From: an uncultured Thermodesulfobacteriota bacterium
Lineage (GTDB): Bacteria > Desulfobacterota > Anaeroferrophillalia > Anaeroferrophillales > Anaeroferrophillaceae
Length of the DNA stretch: 64,000 bases
Reading direction: 5' to 3'
Assembly: GCA_964478545.1 (NCBI GenBank)
Contig: CAYZIS010000001.1
Span: 7,943 to 71,942, forward strand
The position numbers were made by a program, and so were the translations under genes. Of the stretch, positions 16,815-27,202 are shown piece by piece. Under the pieces are notes generated by a model that was not told where the DNA came from, ran no database searches, and saw only the letters and a list, made by a program, of their open reading frames with translations. The stretch's first letter is position 1; each line of letters begins with the position of its first letter.

Positions 16815-17819
16815 ATGACCATTTTAAACCGCACCGAATCATTTTACTGTGCTGACCATCCCAGCCTGCTGTGGGAAATGACCATCTGCCAGAGCTTGGC
16901 CAATGGGGAATCGGCGTATGCCAAGGCATTAGCGGAACCGGCAAGCTATGGCAACCTGGTGGGGAAATACCTGCAGGAAAGTTCAGCGCTGCCGGCACAA
17001 CCTGAAAGCATCATTGAAGTTGGCGGGGGCTACGGCTCACTGATGGCCGGGCTGTTGACTGTGCTCCAGCCGAAAAAGCTGACCATGGTGGATATCTCTA
17101 ATTTTCTGCTTAAACAGCAACAGCAGACCCTGAAAGACAGTCAGGCCGAATTCATCTGCCAGGATATTTTTTCTTTTTTGCCCACCTTGCGGCAACCCGT
17201 GGACTTGCTGATTGCCAATGAGATCATCGCCGACTTCCCCACTGCCACCGGGATTGAACAAAAACTTTTACGGCCGCGTCTGGAAAAGGCGGAATCCTTC
17301 AACCCTGTACCACCGGAAAATCTGAATAAGCTGGATGCCGATGAATTACTCAACGAAGTGGCTCGCCTGATAGCCACCTACCGGCTGGACATCACCGATC
17401 TCCCGGATTTCTTCAATCTCAACCTGGGAGCCCTGCATTTCATCGAACAACTGGCCAAAACTGATATTCAACGAATATTTATTACTGAACACGGCGCTGA
17501 CACCGAATTGCCCTACCCCTTTTCCATCCAGCTGCGGACTTATGAACGGCTGGATAAAAATCCCCGGCAGGTAAAACTTAAAGACCATGATGAATACACC
17601 ATCCGTTTTGACCACCTGGAAGCCGCCGCCAGGAAACTGGGATTTATAGTCCGGCGTTTTCACCTGATGGACCTGCTCCAGGTACGTTTTGATGATGAAA
17701 TCAATTACCTGCTGACCACCGGCAGGCCCACCACCGAAGAACAGGAAATCTTGCTTGAATTTTATGAACACGTGGCGGAATACCAGGGAATGTTGCTGAT
17801 AGCTAGGGAAGGTGATTAG
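16815..17819 (+). CDS. class I SAM-dependent methyltransferase-like protein
   Basis: Motif I 'IIEVGGGYGSLMAGL'. Otherwise unassigned. Confidence 0.5.
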   Translation: MTILNRTESFYCADHPSLLWEMTICQSLANGESAYAKALAEPASYGNLVGKYLQESSALPAQPESIIEVGGGYGSLMAGLLTVLQPKKLTMVDISNFLLKQQQQTLKDSQAEFICQDIFSFLPTLRQPVDLLIANEIIADFPTATGIEQKLLRPRLEKAESFNPVPPENLNKLDADELLNEVARLIATYRLDITDLPDFFNLNLGALHFIEQLAKTDIQRIFITEHGADTELPYPFSIQLRTYERLDKNPRQVKLKDHDEYTIRFDHLEAAARKLGFIVRRFHLMDLLQVRFDDEINYLLTTGRPTTEEQEILLEFYEHVAEYQGMLLIAREGD

Positions 17820-17892
17820 CTTTTAGCCTTTAGCTTTAGAAAACCAAGGCTCTGTGTTAATGAGAAGCAACGCTCAACAGATGACGGCATAC

Positions 17893-17927
17893 AAAAAAAC
17901 GCCGGGGTTTTACAACCCCGGCGTTTT
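17893..17927. terminator. bidirectional rho-independent terminator (AAAACGCCGGGGTT-TTAC-AACCCCGGCGTTTT)
   Basis: Perfect stem flanked by an A-run and a T-run, lying between convergent genes. Confidence 0.8.
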
Positions 17928-17994
17928 CAGTGACAATATTATTCTTGACGATGTCTCAGCATATCTCTAACTCATTCTTGCCGGCCATCAATTG

Positions 17995-18110
17995 CAAAAC
18001 CACTGGCACAGTAATAGCTTCATAATCGAGGCAGGTAAAACCTGAGCCATGAGGCGCACTTTACCGGACGCTGCAAGGGTGAAGGTTGCAGCATAACGAA
18101 GAAGATGGAG
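17995..18110 (+). repeat. Family-3 element, copy 2
   Basis: 'TGGCACAGTAATAGCTTCATAATCGAGGCAGGTAAAACCTGAGCC...GAAGGTTGCAGCATAACGAAGAAGATGGAGC'. Confidence 0.7.
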
Positions 18111-18130
18111 CTAGTACGAAGCCAGCAAAA

Positions 18131-20038
18131 CTATTTTTTCCCCTTGCCATACCCCAACGGCACCACTGCTTCAGCAATTTCATCAAGCACCGTCGGATCG
18201 TCAATAGTTGAAGGCATGCGGAAATCCTCGTTATCGGCAATTTTACGCATGGTACCCCGCAGGATCTTACCGGAACGGGTTTTGGGCAAGCGATTTACCA
18301 CCGTCGCCTGGCGGAAAGAGGCAACCGCCCCGATCTGATCCCGGACCATTTGGACCAGCTCTTTAGCAATTTCACCAGGATCTTTCGTCACCCCGGTTTT
18401 CAAAACAAAGAATCCCAGGGGCACTTGGCCTTTCAGATCATCGGCAACTCCCAAGACCGCGCATTCAGCCACATCCGGATGGGTGGCGACAATCTCTTCC
18501 ATGCCGCCAGTGGAAAGACGGTGACCGGCCACATTGATAACATCATCCACCCGCCCCATGATATAGACATAGCCCTCATCATCAATATAACCACCATCAC
18601 CGGTGAAATAGTAGCCGGGATACATACTGACATATGATTCCTTATAACGCTGATCCTGCTCCCACAACGTCGGCAAACAACCAGGAGGCAGCGGCAACTT
18701 AATGGTAACGATACCTTCAGTATTGGGACCCAACTCCTTGCCTTCATTGTCAAGAATCTGGACATTGAAACCTGGCACCCGCTTGGTGGGTGATCCGGGT
18801 TTAATCGGAAGTTTTTCAATCCCCAGGCAGTTGCCGGCAATAGCCCAGGCGGTTTCCGTCTGCCACCAGTGATCAATGACCGGTTTATGCAGCAGGTCGG
18901 AAGCCCAGTGATAGGTATCGGGATCGAGACGCTCACCGGCCAGAAAGAGATATTTAAAACAGGAGAGGTCATACTTTTTCAGCAGCTTACCCTGAGGATC
19001 CTCCTTTTTGATCGCCCGAAAAGCCGTCGGCGCCGTAAACAGCACCTTGACCTTATGCTCGGAAATCACCCGCCAGAAAGCGCCGGCATCCGGGGTACCC
19101 ACAGGTTTCCCCTCATAGACGATAGTGGTACAGCCCAGCATCAAAGGCGCGTAGACAATGTAGGAATGGCCGACAACCCAGCCGACATCGGATGCCGCCC
19201 AGTATACATCCCCGGGCTGCACATCGTAGACATTACGCATACTCCATTTCATGGCCACCGCGTGCCCACCGTTATCGCGCACCACCCCTTTGGGAATCCC
19301 GGTAGTTCCGGAAGTATAGAGAATATACAGCGGATCGGTGGCGGCCACGGTAACACACTCAGTCGGTTCGGCCTGGGCCATGGCATCATCCCAATCCAGA
19401 TCCCGACCAGCAATCAGTTCGGACTGCACCTGCGGCCGTTGAAGAATGATACATTTATCCGGTTTTACCTCGGCCAGCTCAATAGCTTTGTCCAGCAGCG
19501 GTTTATAGGCAATAACCTTGGTCGCCCCTTCCAATCCGCAGGAAGCGGAGATAATCAGTTTCGGCTTGGCGTCATTGATCCGGATTGCCAGTTCATTGGG
19601 GGCAAAACCACCGAAAACCACCGAATGGACGACACCAATGCGGGCGCAAGCCAACATGGCCACCAGAGTTTCGGAGATCATTGGCATATAAATAATCGCC
19701 GTATCTCCTTTTTTCAGCCCCTGCGCTCGAATAACCCCGGCAAAACGGGAAACCTGATCCTGCAATTCGCGATAGGTAATTTTTTTAACTGTATTGGTCT
19801 GGGGACTGTCGTAAATAATAGCGACCTGATCAGCCCGGCCGTTTTCCACATGATAATCAATGGCATTGTAACAGCTATTCAATTCCCCGCCGGTAAACCA
19901 ACGGTAAAAATAGGGTTTGCCATAGTCATCCAGCACCTTATCCCATTTTTTCACCCACTGGACATCCTCGGCAGCCTCAGCCCAAAAACCATCCGGATCT
20001 TCAATGGAACGACGATACGCCTCATCATATTTACCCAT
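18131..20038 (-). CDS. AMP-forming acyl-CoA synthetase (Acs/PrpE family; possibly propionate--CoA ligase)
   Basis: 'YTSGTTGIPKGV' AMP-binding motif. Acs-like N-terminus 'DPDGFWAEAAEDVQWVKKWDKV'. 635 aa. Confidence 0.85.
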   Translation of the reverse strand: MGKYDEAYRRSIEDPDGFWAEAAEDVQWVKKWDKVLDDYGKPYFYRWFTGGELNSCYNAIDYHVENGRADQVAIIYDSPQTNTVKKITYRELQDQVSRFAGVIRAQGLKKGDTAIIYMPMISETLVAMLACARIGVVHSVVFGGFAPNELAIRINDAKPKLIISASCGLEGATKVIAYKPLLDKAIELAEVKPDKCIILQRPQVQSELIAGRDLDWDDAMAQAEPTECVTVAATDPLYILYTSGTTGIPKGVVRDNGGHAVAMKWSMRNVYDVQPGDVYWAASDVGWVVGHSYIVYAPLMLGCTTIVYEGKPVGTPDAGAFWRVISEHKVKVLFTAPTAFRAIKKEDPQGKLLKKYDLSCFKYLFLAGERLDPDTYHWASDLLHKPVIDHWWQTETAWAIAGNCLGIEKLPIKPGSPTKRVPGFNVQILDNEGKELGPNTEGIVTIKLPLPPGCLPTLWEQDQRYKESYVSMYPGYYFTGDGGYIDDEGYVYIMGRVDDVINVAGHRLSTGGMEEIVATHPDVAECAVLGVADDLKGQVPLGFFVLKTGVTKDPGEIAKELVQMVRDQIGAVASFRQATVVNRLPKTRSGKILRGTMRKIADNEDFRMPSTIDDPTVLDEIAEAVVPLGYGKGKK

Positions 20039-20310
20039 ACTGACCTCCCCAAGCTAGTGGTTGTCTATGATCATCAGCTCATCCGGAAACAGAAATTTCC
20101 GGGTAAGCACCAATTAAAACATGAATTTAATCACCTATTCCTGTACGGTAAAATCACTGTCCTCCAGCCTTATCAACCACCTCTATAAAGATGCATACAA
20201 TATTGACATTCATAAACCACAAACACCGTTCATGTCAAGAACATATACTCAGTCAATGCTCGTCAGTCAGAATCCGCCAGAATCATATTCATTGCAGAGA
20301 TAATGAACAA

Positions 20311-20562
20311 TTGCACAAAGTCAAACCGGGTTTCACTATCAGTATCATCATCATTTTTCCCTTGACATTTTCACCTTCCCCTTATAAGAAACAATTGCAC
20401 AAAGTCAAACCGGGTTTCACTATCAGTGTCATCGTCATTTTTCCCTTGACATTTTCACCTTCCCCTTATAAGGAGAGATTGCACAAAGTCAAACCGGGTT
20501 TCACTATCAGTGTCATCATCATTTTTCCCTTGACATTTTCACCTTCCCCTTATAAGGAGAGA
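20311..20562 (+). repeat. 3 x 84-bp perfect-period tandem repeat. Each unit carries the palindromes AAACCGGGTTT and CCTTATAAGG plus a TTGACA.
   Basis: Unit starts at 20311, 20395 and 20479. Lies in the divergent region between the two acyl-CoA synthetase genes. Confidence 0.85.
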
Positions 20563-20787
20563 ATATCGGCGTAATAAATGCAATTTCACGTTTTATTATG
20601 TCACCCTCAACTTTTCAAAAGCACATTGATGACGGACCTGATTGTTAATTTACATATCGGTTCAGTCGGGAAATAGCCTGGACCAACGAAGATGGCAATC
20701 AACCTGAATTCGTGCCTATTAAAATGGCAGGAAATCAGGTATTGGTGGTAAGCATCACTTAACTTTTTACAGAGAAGGAGGATTTTC

Positions 20788-22767
20788 ATGGCTGATGCAA
20801 CAGAGCTGAAAAGTGTATATCCAGTACCGGAAGAATTCCGCAAAAAAGCGTACTTCAAAAGCCGGGAAAAATACCAAAAACTATATGATGAATCCATCAA
20901 CGATAGCGATGGTTTCTGGGGACGGATCGCCGAAGAATATGTCACGTGGTTTAAAAAATGGGACAAGGTACAAGACTGGAAATTCAGCAAGGATGAAGTC
21001 TACCTGAAATGGTTCTTGGGTGGCAAGCTGAACGTTTCCTACAACTGCCTTGACCGTCACCTGGAAAAACGCGGCGATCAGGTAGCCCTGATCTTTGAAG
21101 GCAACGAACCAACTGTCGACAAAAAATTCACCTATAAAAAACTGCATGAGCTGGTCTGCAAATTCGCTAACGTGATGAAAGCACACGGCGTCAAAAGAGG
21201 TGACCGGGTAACCATCTACCTGCCAATGATTCCGGAACTGGCCATTACCATGCTTGCCTGCACCCGAATCGGAGCCATGCACTCCATCGTCTTTGGTGGT
21301 TTTTCCTCTGAGGCCCTTAAAGACCGGATCCAGGACTGCGATTCTAATTTTCTCATCTCCTGCAACGCCTACTATCGCGGCGCCAAGGTCATCAACCAGA
21401 AAACCAATGTTGATGCCGCAGTAGCCCAGTGCCCGACCATCAAAAATACGATTATCGTCAAGCACGAAGCCGAAGTCGATGTAGCCATGAAAGCAGGCTA
21501 TGACCTCTCTTATGAAGATGAGATGGCCAAGGTTGATGCCAACTGCGAACCGGAATGGATGGATTCCGAAGATCCGCTCTTTCTGCTCTACACCTCCGGC
21601 TCTACCGGTAAACCCAAAGGGGTTATCCATACCACCGGCGGCTACCTGCTCTATACTGCATTCACTCACAAGAATATTTTTGACTACCATGATGGCGATA
21701 TCTTTTTCTGCGCTGCCGACATCGGCTGGGTCACCGGGCATTCTTACATCGTTTATGGTCCCCTGTGCAACGGCGCCACCTCAGTCATGTTTGAAGGGGT
21801 ACCCAACTATCCGGATGCCGGCCGCTACTGGGACATTATCGGCAAGCACAAAATCAACACCCTCTATACCGCTCCGACCGCCATCCGCGCCATCGCCGGC
21901 CAGGGCGACAGTTTTGTCACCAGCCGTCTTGACAAGCTTGACAGCCTGACCCTGCTGGGCACAGTCGGTGAGCCCATCAACCCGGAAGCCTGGAAATGGT
22001 ATTATGAGCTGCCCGGCCGCAGCAAATGCCCCATCGTTGATACCTGGTGGCAGACGGAAAACGGCGGCATCCTGATCACCGGCCTGCCAGGCGCCATTGA
22101 CATGAAACCCGGCTATGCCACCACCCCGTTCTTCGGAGTTGATCCGATTATTGTTGAACCGACCAGCGGTGAAGAGATTAAAGGTCAGGCTGAAGGCGCC
22201 CTGTGCATCAAACGCCCATGGCCTGGATTGATGCGCGGCGTCTACGGTGATCCCGATCGTTTCAGGACGACCTATTTTGTTCAGTATGACGGTTATTATT
22301 TCAGCGGTGACGGTGCCATGCGCGATAAAAATGGCGATTACCGGCTTATGGGCCGCATCGATGATGTTATCAATATCTCCGGTCACCGGATGGGTACCGC
22401 TGAAGTAGAAAGTGCCCTGGTGCTGAATAAGAACGTTGCTGAAGCCGCGGTTGTCGGCATGCCCCATGAGATCAAAGGACAGGGCATTTATGCCTATGTA
22501 ACCTTGAATGCCGGTGTTGAAGGCACTGACGCCCTCAAGAAAGAACTGGTCGCTTTGGTCCGTAAGGAGATTGGGCCCATCGCCAGTCCGGATAAGATCC
22601 AGTGGGCCCCGGCACTACCGAAGACCCGTTCCGGGAAAATCATGCGCCGCATCCTGCGTAAGATTGCCGCCAATGAAGTTGATATGAAAGGTTTAGGCGA
22701 CACCTCAACCCTGGCTGATCCTTCAGTGGTCCAAGGCTTGATTGATACCCGGGAAAATCGCGGTTAG
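20788..22767 (+). CDS. acs: acetyl-CoA synthetase
   Basis: '[23 protein letters not shown]', '[12 protein letters not shown]', '[17 protein letters not shown]'. GAAGGAGG RBS. Confidence 0.92.
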   Translation: MADATELKSVYPVPEEFRKKAYFKSREKYQKLYDESINDSDGFWGRIAEEYVTWFKKWDKVQDWKFSKDEVYLKWFLGGKLNVSYNCLDRHLEKRGDQVALIFEGNEPTVDKKFTYKKLHELVCKFANVMKAHGVKRGDRVTIYLPMIPELAITMLACTRIGAMHSIVFGGFSSEALKDRIQDCDSNFLISCNAYYRGAKVINQKTNVDAAVAQCPTIKNTIIVKHEAEVDVAMKAGYDLSYEDEMAKVDANCEPEWMDSEDPLFLLYTSGSTGKPKGVIHTTGGYLLYTAFTHKNIFDYHDGDIFFCAADIGWVTGHSYIVYGPLCNGATSVMFEGVPNYPDAGRYWDIIGKHKINTLYTAPTAIRAIAGQGDSFVTSRLDKLDSLTLLGTVGEPINPEAWKWYYELPGRSKCPIVDTWWQTENGGILITGLPGAIDMKPGYATTPFFGVDPIIVEPTSGEEIKGQAEGALCIKRPWPGLMRGVYGDPDRFRTTYFVQYDGYYFSGDGAMRDKNGDYRLMGRIDDVINISGHRMGTAEVESALVLNKNVAEAAVVGMPHEIKGQGIYAYVTLNAGVEGTDALKKELVALVRKEIGPIASPDKIQWAPALPKTRSGKIMRRILRKIAANEVDMKGLGDTSTLADPSVVQGLIDTRENRG

Positions 22768-22789
22768 TTTTTTCTTTGAATTCTCAGCA

Positions 22790-22820
22790 AAAAAGGCGGG
22801 CTTCGGCCCGCCTTTTTACT
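22790..22820 (+). terminator. rho-independent terminator (AAAAAGGCGGGC-TTCG-GCCCGCCTTTTT)
   Basis: Perfect GC-rich stem plus T-run, 23 bp after the acs stop. Confidence 0.85.
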
Positions 22821-22821
22821 T

Positions 22822-22880
22822 ATCTGCCCAAACATCCTGATAATATATCCTGGCAACACAAGTCAAAAAGTTAAGTTCTC
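22822..22880 (-). repeat. Family-1 terminal fragment (partial copy)
   Basis: 'GCCCAAACATCCTGATAATATATCCTGGCAACACAAGTCAAAAAGTTAAG' aligns with 13170-13215. Confidence 0.6.
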
Positions 22881-22938
22881 TTCTTTCAGTTCAAAAAAAT
22901 CTTGTATGTGATTGCAAGACCTGACCCCCAGGCAAAAA

Positions 22939-23955
22939 ATGATCAACCGCATTGGTTTTACCTCCAGCATTCCGGTGGAAATTATTTATGCTGCCGGCCT
23001 CATACCCTGTGACTTAAACAACCTTTTTATTGGCAATCCGCATCCAGGATTGCTCATTGAGCAATCAGAGGAATCCGGTTTTCCCGCCACCAGTTGTGCC
23101 TGGATCAAAGGAATATATTCCACCGTTAAGAAACACGGAATCAGGAAGGTGGTGGCGGTAGTCAGTGGTGACTGTAGCAGCACCCATGCCCTGGCTGAAG
23201 TGCTGGAATACGAAGGAGTGGAAATTATTCCTTTCGCCTTCCCGCTAAACCGCAGTCCGGGAAGCATGGAGCTTGCGCTGGAAGAATTTCGCCGCTATTT
23301 CAAAATTTCCCAGGACAGCGTTGCGGCCTGCAAACAAAATCTTGATGCCATCCGCCAACAGCTCGAGGAGTTGGACCGCCTGACCTGGGAAGAAGGACAG
23401 GTAAGCGGGGAGGAAAACCATCGATTTCTGGTTACAGCCAGTGATTTTGGCGGCAACCCCCAGACTTTCAGCCACGAACTCAATACATTTTTGGCGCTGG
23501 CCCGGAGACGGCAATCAAAACCACCATCTCTCCGCCTGGGGGTCATCGGCGTCCCGCCGATTATCAGTAACTTTTATCCCATCATTGAAGAACTCGGGGC
23601 TGAAGTAGTGTTCAACGAGGTACAAAGACAATTCAGTATGCCCGGTGCCAGGAATCGCGACCTGGCCAGCCAGTATCTTGCCTATACTTACCCCTATGAT
23701 GCCAAAGGCCGGATTGCCGACATTAAAGCGGAGATCAGCCGACGGCAACTGGATGGTATCATCCACTATGTCCAGTCTTTCTGTTTCCGCCAGATTGAAG
23801 ATATTATCATTAAAAAAGAGCTTTCGGTTCCGGTACTAACCATCGAAGGCGACCGGCCGGCCCCGGTGGACGGCCGCACCATCACCCGGCTGGAAACCTT
23901 CATTGAAATGCTCCTGGGCCGTCAGAAAACGCCACATCCCCGTCCACTTTTCTGA
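22939..23955 (+). CDS. 2-hydroxyacyl-CoA dehydratase / benzoyl-CoA reductase subunit family protein (HgdB/BcrC-like)
   Basis: Family-level similarity judged by eye only; Cys-containing 'SGDCSSTHAL' and 'YVQSFCFRQIEDI'. Confidence 0.45.
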   Translation: MINRIGFTSSIPVEIIYAAGLIPCDLNNLFIGNPHPGLLIEQSEESGFPATSCAWIKGIYSTVKKHGIRKVVAVVSGDCSSTHALAEVLEYEGVEIIPFAFPLNRSPGSMELALEEFRRYFKISQDSVAACKQNLDAIRQQLEELDRLTWEEGQVSGEENHRFLVTASDFGGNPQTFSHELNTFLALARRRQSKPPSLRLGVIGVPPIISNFYPIIEELGAEVVFNEVQRQFSMPGARNRDLASQYLAYTYPYDAKGRIADIKAEISRRQLDGIIHYVQSFCFRQIEDIIIKKELSVPVLTIEGDRPAPVDGRTITRLETFIEMLLGRQKTPHPRPLF

Positions 23956-24169
23956 CAATCACTCCCGCCGCGAAATCATCACGAATATTGTCAAAGTCTC
24001 CAGAACTCACAGAATATCATTATTTACCCTGTAATATCGTATAGTTACATACTAAACGCCATTCCATTACGCTTTAGTGCAAAAACATCGCCAACCCAAT
24101 TTATTATGGTATAGTCCTTGCTTTCTTAGTCCACGATGGTTACAATTATACGATAATGAGGATTATTCC

Positions 24170-25426
24170 ATGATCAAAAATCTGTGGCATTACTGGCAGC
24201 GGGGTAAAAATAGTTTCATGGACATGTTCGCTTCCGGCAGTGAGAATCACCACTCACTGCTTCCTATACGGCAACTGGCTTTTTCCGGCATCAGTTTGAC
24301 CGAAAGCGAAATAACCTTTCCCATCCCTAACGACAACCACAAAAGCCCTCAGCGCTCCCAGCCATTACGGTTCTTACAAACATTTTTCGATGCCATCACC
24401 AAAGTTCAGGATGTCAGCCTGTTATCCACTGCCGGCCGGCTGCTGTACCAACTGGCAGATAGAGAAAGCATCATTTTCGTCGAATACCGGCAGGGAAAAC
24501 TGATAATCCACACTGCCAGTCGCCAACTAAGCCGGAAGAATGATTTCGGGCGGCGGCTTATTCAATCAAGCCTGGCAACTTTCCGGAAACTCCCACAGCC
24601 CGCCAGTGAAAACGACATACGATTTGAGATTTTAAGCGAACTTGGCAATCTTTCCTGGCAGGCGAAAACCATCATCAGTCCGCTTCCAGGCCCCCATAAA
24701 ATTGGCCCGGACCACTTCCTGGCCGCCTTTATCATTGGGAAAAAGCGGGAATCCAGGCCGCAATGGTCCCGGGAAACCGATCAACTGCTCCATTTTTGCC
24801 TCCAGCATGTGGCCATCCGCATGGGGGAAATCAATGCCCTGGAAACCCTACGGCTCAATGCCAACACCGACCTCTTAACCGGCGTTCATAATCGCCGTTT
24901 TTTCCATGAGGTTTTAAGCCGGGAAAGCGAACGGTCGAATCGCCATAATCAACCCTTGTCCCTGATCATCCTGGATATTGATCATTTCAAAGTCATTAAT
25001 GATACTTTCGGCCATCTGGCAGGTGATCAGGTTTTAAGGGAGATCGGCCGGATCACCCGGGAAAGTATCCGCACCATCGATATGGTCTGCCGTTATGGCG
25101 GGGAGGAATTTGCCATCATTCTGCCACAAACCGAGCTGGAAGCCGCCAGTCTGATAGCCGAGCGGCTGCGCACCAGCATTGCTGAATTTCCTTTTTCCAC
25201 CGGAGTGGAAAGCCCCCTGATGGTCACCGCCAGCCTGGGAGTGGCCTGCTGGCACGACAGCGGCTATCTCAGCAAGCAGGGAACAGAACTAATACAGGCG
25301 GCTGATCGAGCGCTCTACGCGGCCAAAGATACCGGCCGCAATCGAACCTGCACGGCCCCGGAACCCCAGGGGAAATCACCTGGAAAGGGCAGAAAATCGG
25401 TTGTCTTTGTTGCTCCTGCATGCTAA
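24170..25426 (+). CDS. diguanylate cyclase (N-terminal sensory/GAF-like region + GGDEF)
   Basis: 'RRFFHEV...LIILDIDHFKVINDTFGHLAGDQVLREI...RYGGEEFAIILPQT'. Confidence 0.85.
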   Translation: MIKNLWHYWQRGKNSFMDMFASGSENHHSLLPIRQLAFSGISLTESEITFPIPNDNHKSPQRSQPLRFLQTFFDAITKVQDVSLLSTAGRLLYQLADRESIIFVEYRQGKLIIHTASRQLSRKNDFGRRLIQSSLATFRKLPQPASENDIRFEILSELGNLSWQAKTIISPLPGPHKIGPDHFLAAFIIGKKRESRPQWSRETDQLLHFCLQHVAIRMGEINALETLRLNANTDLLTGVHNRRFFHEVLSRESERSNRHNQPLSLIILDIDHFKVINDTFGHLAGDQVLREIGRITRESIRTIDMVCRYGGEEFAIILPQTELEAASLIAERLRTSIAEFPFSTGVESPLMVTASLGVACWHDSGYLSKQGTELIQAADRALYAAKDTGRNRTCTAPEPQGKSPGKGRKSVVFVAPAC

Positions 25427-25439
25427 AATTCAGCCTATG

Positions 25440-25560
25440 ATGGCTATGAAAAACTCTATCTTCGGCCTTAGGCTGCAACCTTCGTCATTACAACGTACTT
25501 GTCAGTACACCTCATGACTCAGATTTTGCCTGCCTCGAATATGAAGCGTTTACTGTGCCA
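25440..25560 (-). repeat. Family-3 element, copy 3 (reverse orientation)
   Basis: The reverse complement reads 'GATGGCACAGTAAACGCTTCATATTCGAGGCAGGCAAAATCTGAGTCATGAGGTGTACTGACAAGTACGTTGTAATGACGAAGGTTGCAGCC'. The hairpin covaries (GTACT-GACA-AGTAC). Confidence 0.7.
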
Positions 25561-25594
25561 TCGGCTTTACGACTTTTTACGAAAGTATCAACCT

Positions 25595-26194
25595 ATGGAT
25601 GAGAATGATCGTCGAAATTATAATCGCTTGAATGTTTCCCTTTTATTCAGCTGGCAATCCCTGACCGCCGAGCTGGAAGAAGGGGTACTGCCGGCTCTCG
25701 CCACCGCCGACAACCCTTTTGCTTCCTGGTTTATGGAGCTGCGTCCCCCACTACCTCCCAACTCCGGGGAGAGTGATGAATTAGGCAGCTATTACCGTAA
25801 GTTTAGCAAATATCTGGAAATTATGGAGCGGAAAATCTCCCTGCTCAGCCAGATTATCTTTCAACCGCCGATGCAGGAATTCTTCCGGCAGCAGCCACTT
25901 CCCTTAACCCTGAGTGCCACCGGGCTTTCCTTCCCGGCAGCCGAACCGCTGGATTCCGGCACCAGAGTGCTGCTGACCTTCTTCCTGCCCTATGCGGCCC
26001 AACTGGTCAGGGTCAGGGCTCTCATTCTACGGTCCACGATCCGGGAAAGTCGGAACCGGAAACAGGCCTACCTGATCGCCGCCCAGTTTATCAATCCGGG
26101 AATGGAAATAGAAGATGAAATCGCCCGCTTTATTATTTTAAGCGAAAGAAAACAACTGCGCCAAGCCCACCGGCACCATGAAGAAAACGCTTAA
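25595..26194 (+). CDS. PilZ domain protein (c-di-GMP receptor)
   Basis: 'RRNYNRL' (RxxxR) and 'LSATGLSF' (DxSxxG-like) motifs. Adjacent to the GGDEF gene. The start is uncertain: 25499, 25541 or 25595. Confidence 0.6.
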   Translation: MDENDRRNYNRLNVSLLFSWQSLTAELEEGVLPALATADNPFASWFMELRPPLPPNSGESDELGSYYRKFSKYLEIMERKISLLSQIIFQPPMQEFFRQQPLPLTLSATGLSFPAAEPLDSGTRVLLTFFLPYAAQLVRVRALILRSTIRESRNRKQAYLIAAQFINPGMEIEDEIARFIILSERKQLRQAHRHHEENA

Positions 26195-26873
26195 AACCAG
26201 CAGTCGACGGCGAGAACCGGCGGCCAAAAAGCGATCCTGGGTAACCTCCCTGCTTTTCTTTACTTTTGGGGTTGTCCTGACCTTTCTCGTGCTTTCCTCT
26301 CTTCCCCATCTGATTCCAAAAAAGCTACAGTCAACCATCCTGGTAAAACAATGGCAGCAAAAGTATTGGCCGACCACCAGAACCACGACCGCCAAACGAC
26401 AATCACCGTCTGCTCCTAAGAAAACTGCCGCCCGGCCAGCGGTAAAAAAACCGGCACCCACCACCCTTTACGTGACTCTCTACAAGGCCAGTCCCGACTA
26501 TGACGCTTTGACCCACAGCAGCAAATTGCTGAAAGCACCAAAAAAAGGAAAACTGCAACTAGCCCGGATAATTTTTGCCGAACTGACCCGCGATGGATCA
26601 AAAACTAAATCGCCCCTGCCACCGAGAGTCCGACTGCGCTCGGTTTCTTTTTCCGGCCGGCGCATCACCCTGGACCTGTCCAAAGAAATCATCAGCGGCC
26701 TGGCCAATACCGGCAGCAGTGATGAAGTGCTGGCTGTCTACGGCCTGGTGAACACCTACCTCAAGAATTTCTCCAACTACAGCGAAGTCCTGATTACGGT
26801 GGACGGCCACCTGGTCAAAACCCTTGCCGGACATATCGAAATCAACAAACCTCTGACCTTTTTTGAGGGATAA
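26178..26873 (+). CDS. membrane-anchored GerMN domain protein
   Basis: N-terminal TM 'WVTSLLFFTFGVVLTFLVL'. Lys/Pro-rich linker. C-terminal 'ITVDGHLVKTLAGHIEINKPL'. Confidence 0.55.
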   Translation: MKKTLKTSSRRREPAAKKRSWVTSLLFFTFGVVLTFLVLSSLPHLIPKKLQSTILVKQWQQKYWPTTRTTTAKRQSPSAPKKTAARPAVKKPAPTTLYVTLYKASPDYDALTHSSKLLKAPKKGKLQLARIIFAELTRDGSKTKSPLPPRVRLRSVSFSGRRITLDLSKEIISGLANTGSSDEVLAVYGLVNTYLKNFSNYSEVLITVDGHLVKTLAGHIEINKPLTFFEG

Positions 26874-26879
26874 GTCGAA

Positions 26880-27202
26880 TGGATGAAAACTATCAACAAC
26901 TGATCAAAGATTGCTTCTGGGAGTATGATGTTACCCCCGCTGACCTAAACAAAATGATCACCTCAGGCGATGCGCGGGAAAAGTAATTTCTTTTCGAAAA
27001 AATCCTGGCCAACAGTATGCACTTGTTTCGTGATTTAAAAATTTTCCCCAAGGATACTCTCGAAATTTTAATCAACAATTATAAAGTTCCGAACTTCAAT
27101 CAGGAATACCTGTCCAAACGAAAAAATATGGTTGAATACCATTTTCTTAAACAGGAATTGAAGTGGACCATCGTCTTTCAAATTGTTCCATATGCTAGCT
27201 AA
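26880..27202 (+). pseudogene. hypothetical gene interrupted by an in-frame TAA stop (26983-26985)
   Basis: 'MDENYQQLIKDCFWEYDVTPADLNKMITSGDAREK*FLFEKILANSMHLFRDLKIFPKD...' reads straight through in one frame. Confidence 0.5.

Noticed and set aside
18105-18338. 77-aa ORF starting at the ATG at the 3' end of Family-3 copy 2
   Set aside because: Antisense to the acyl-CoA synthetase C-terminus. The equivalent ATG in copy 1 gives an unrelated 32-aa peptide and copy 3 has none, so the ATG is conserved as nucleotide sequence and not as a start.
18869-20188. 439-aa ORF on the plus strand
   Set aside because: It lies entirely antisense to the well-supported acyl-CoA synthetase gene and has no recognisable motifs.
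20311-20562. Possible CRISPR array
   Set aside because: The units are contiguous 84-bp near-identical repeats with no unique spacers between them, and no cas genes are nearby. This is a simple tandem repeat.
20191-20574. 127-aa ORF encoding three 28-aa repeats across the 84-bp tandem array
   Set aside because: The frame stays open only because 84 is divisible by 3. There is no RBS, and the composition is not protein-like (Ile/Phe/Pro-rich repeat text). Treated as a non-coding regulatory repeat.
21781-22467. 228-aa and 286-aa minus-strand ORFs
   Set aside because: Both are antisense shadows inside acs (20788-22767), a typical artefact of GC-rich coding sequence.
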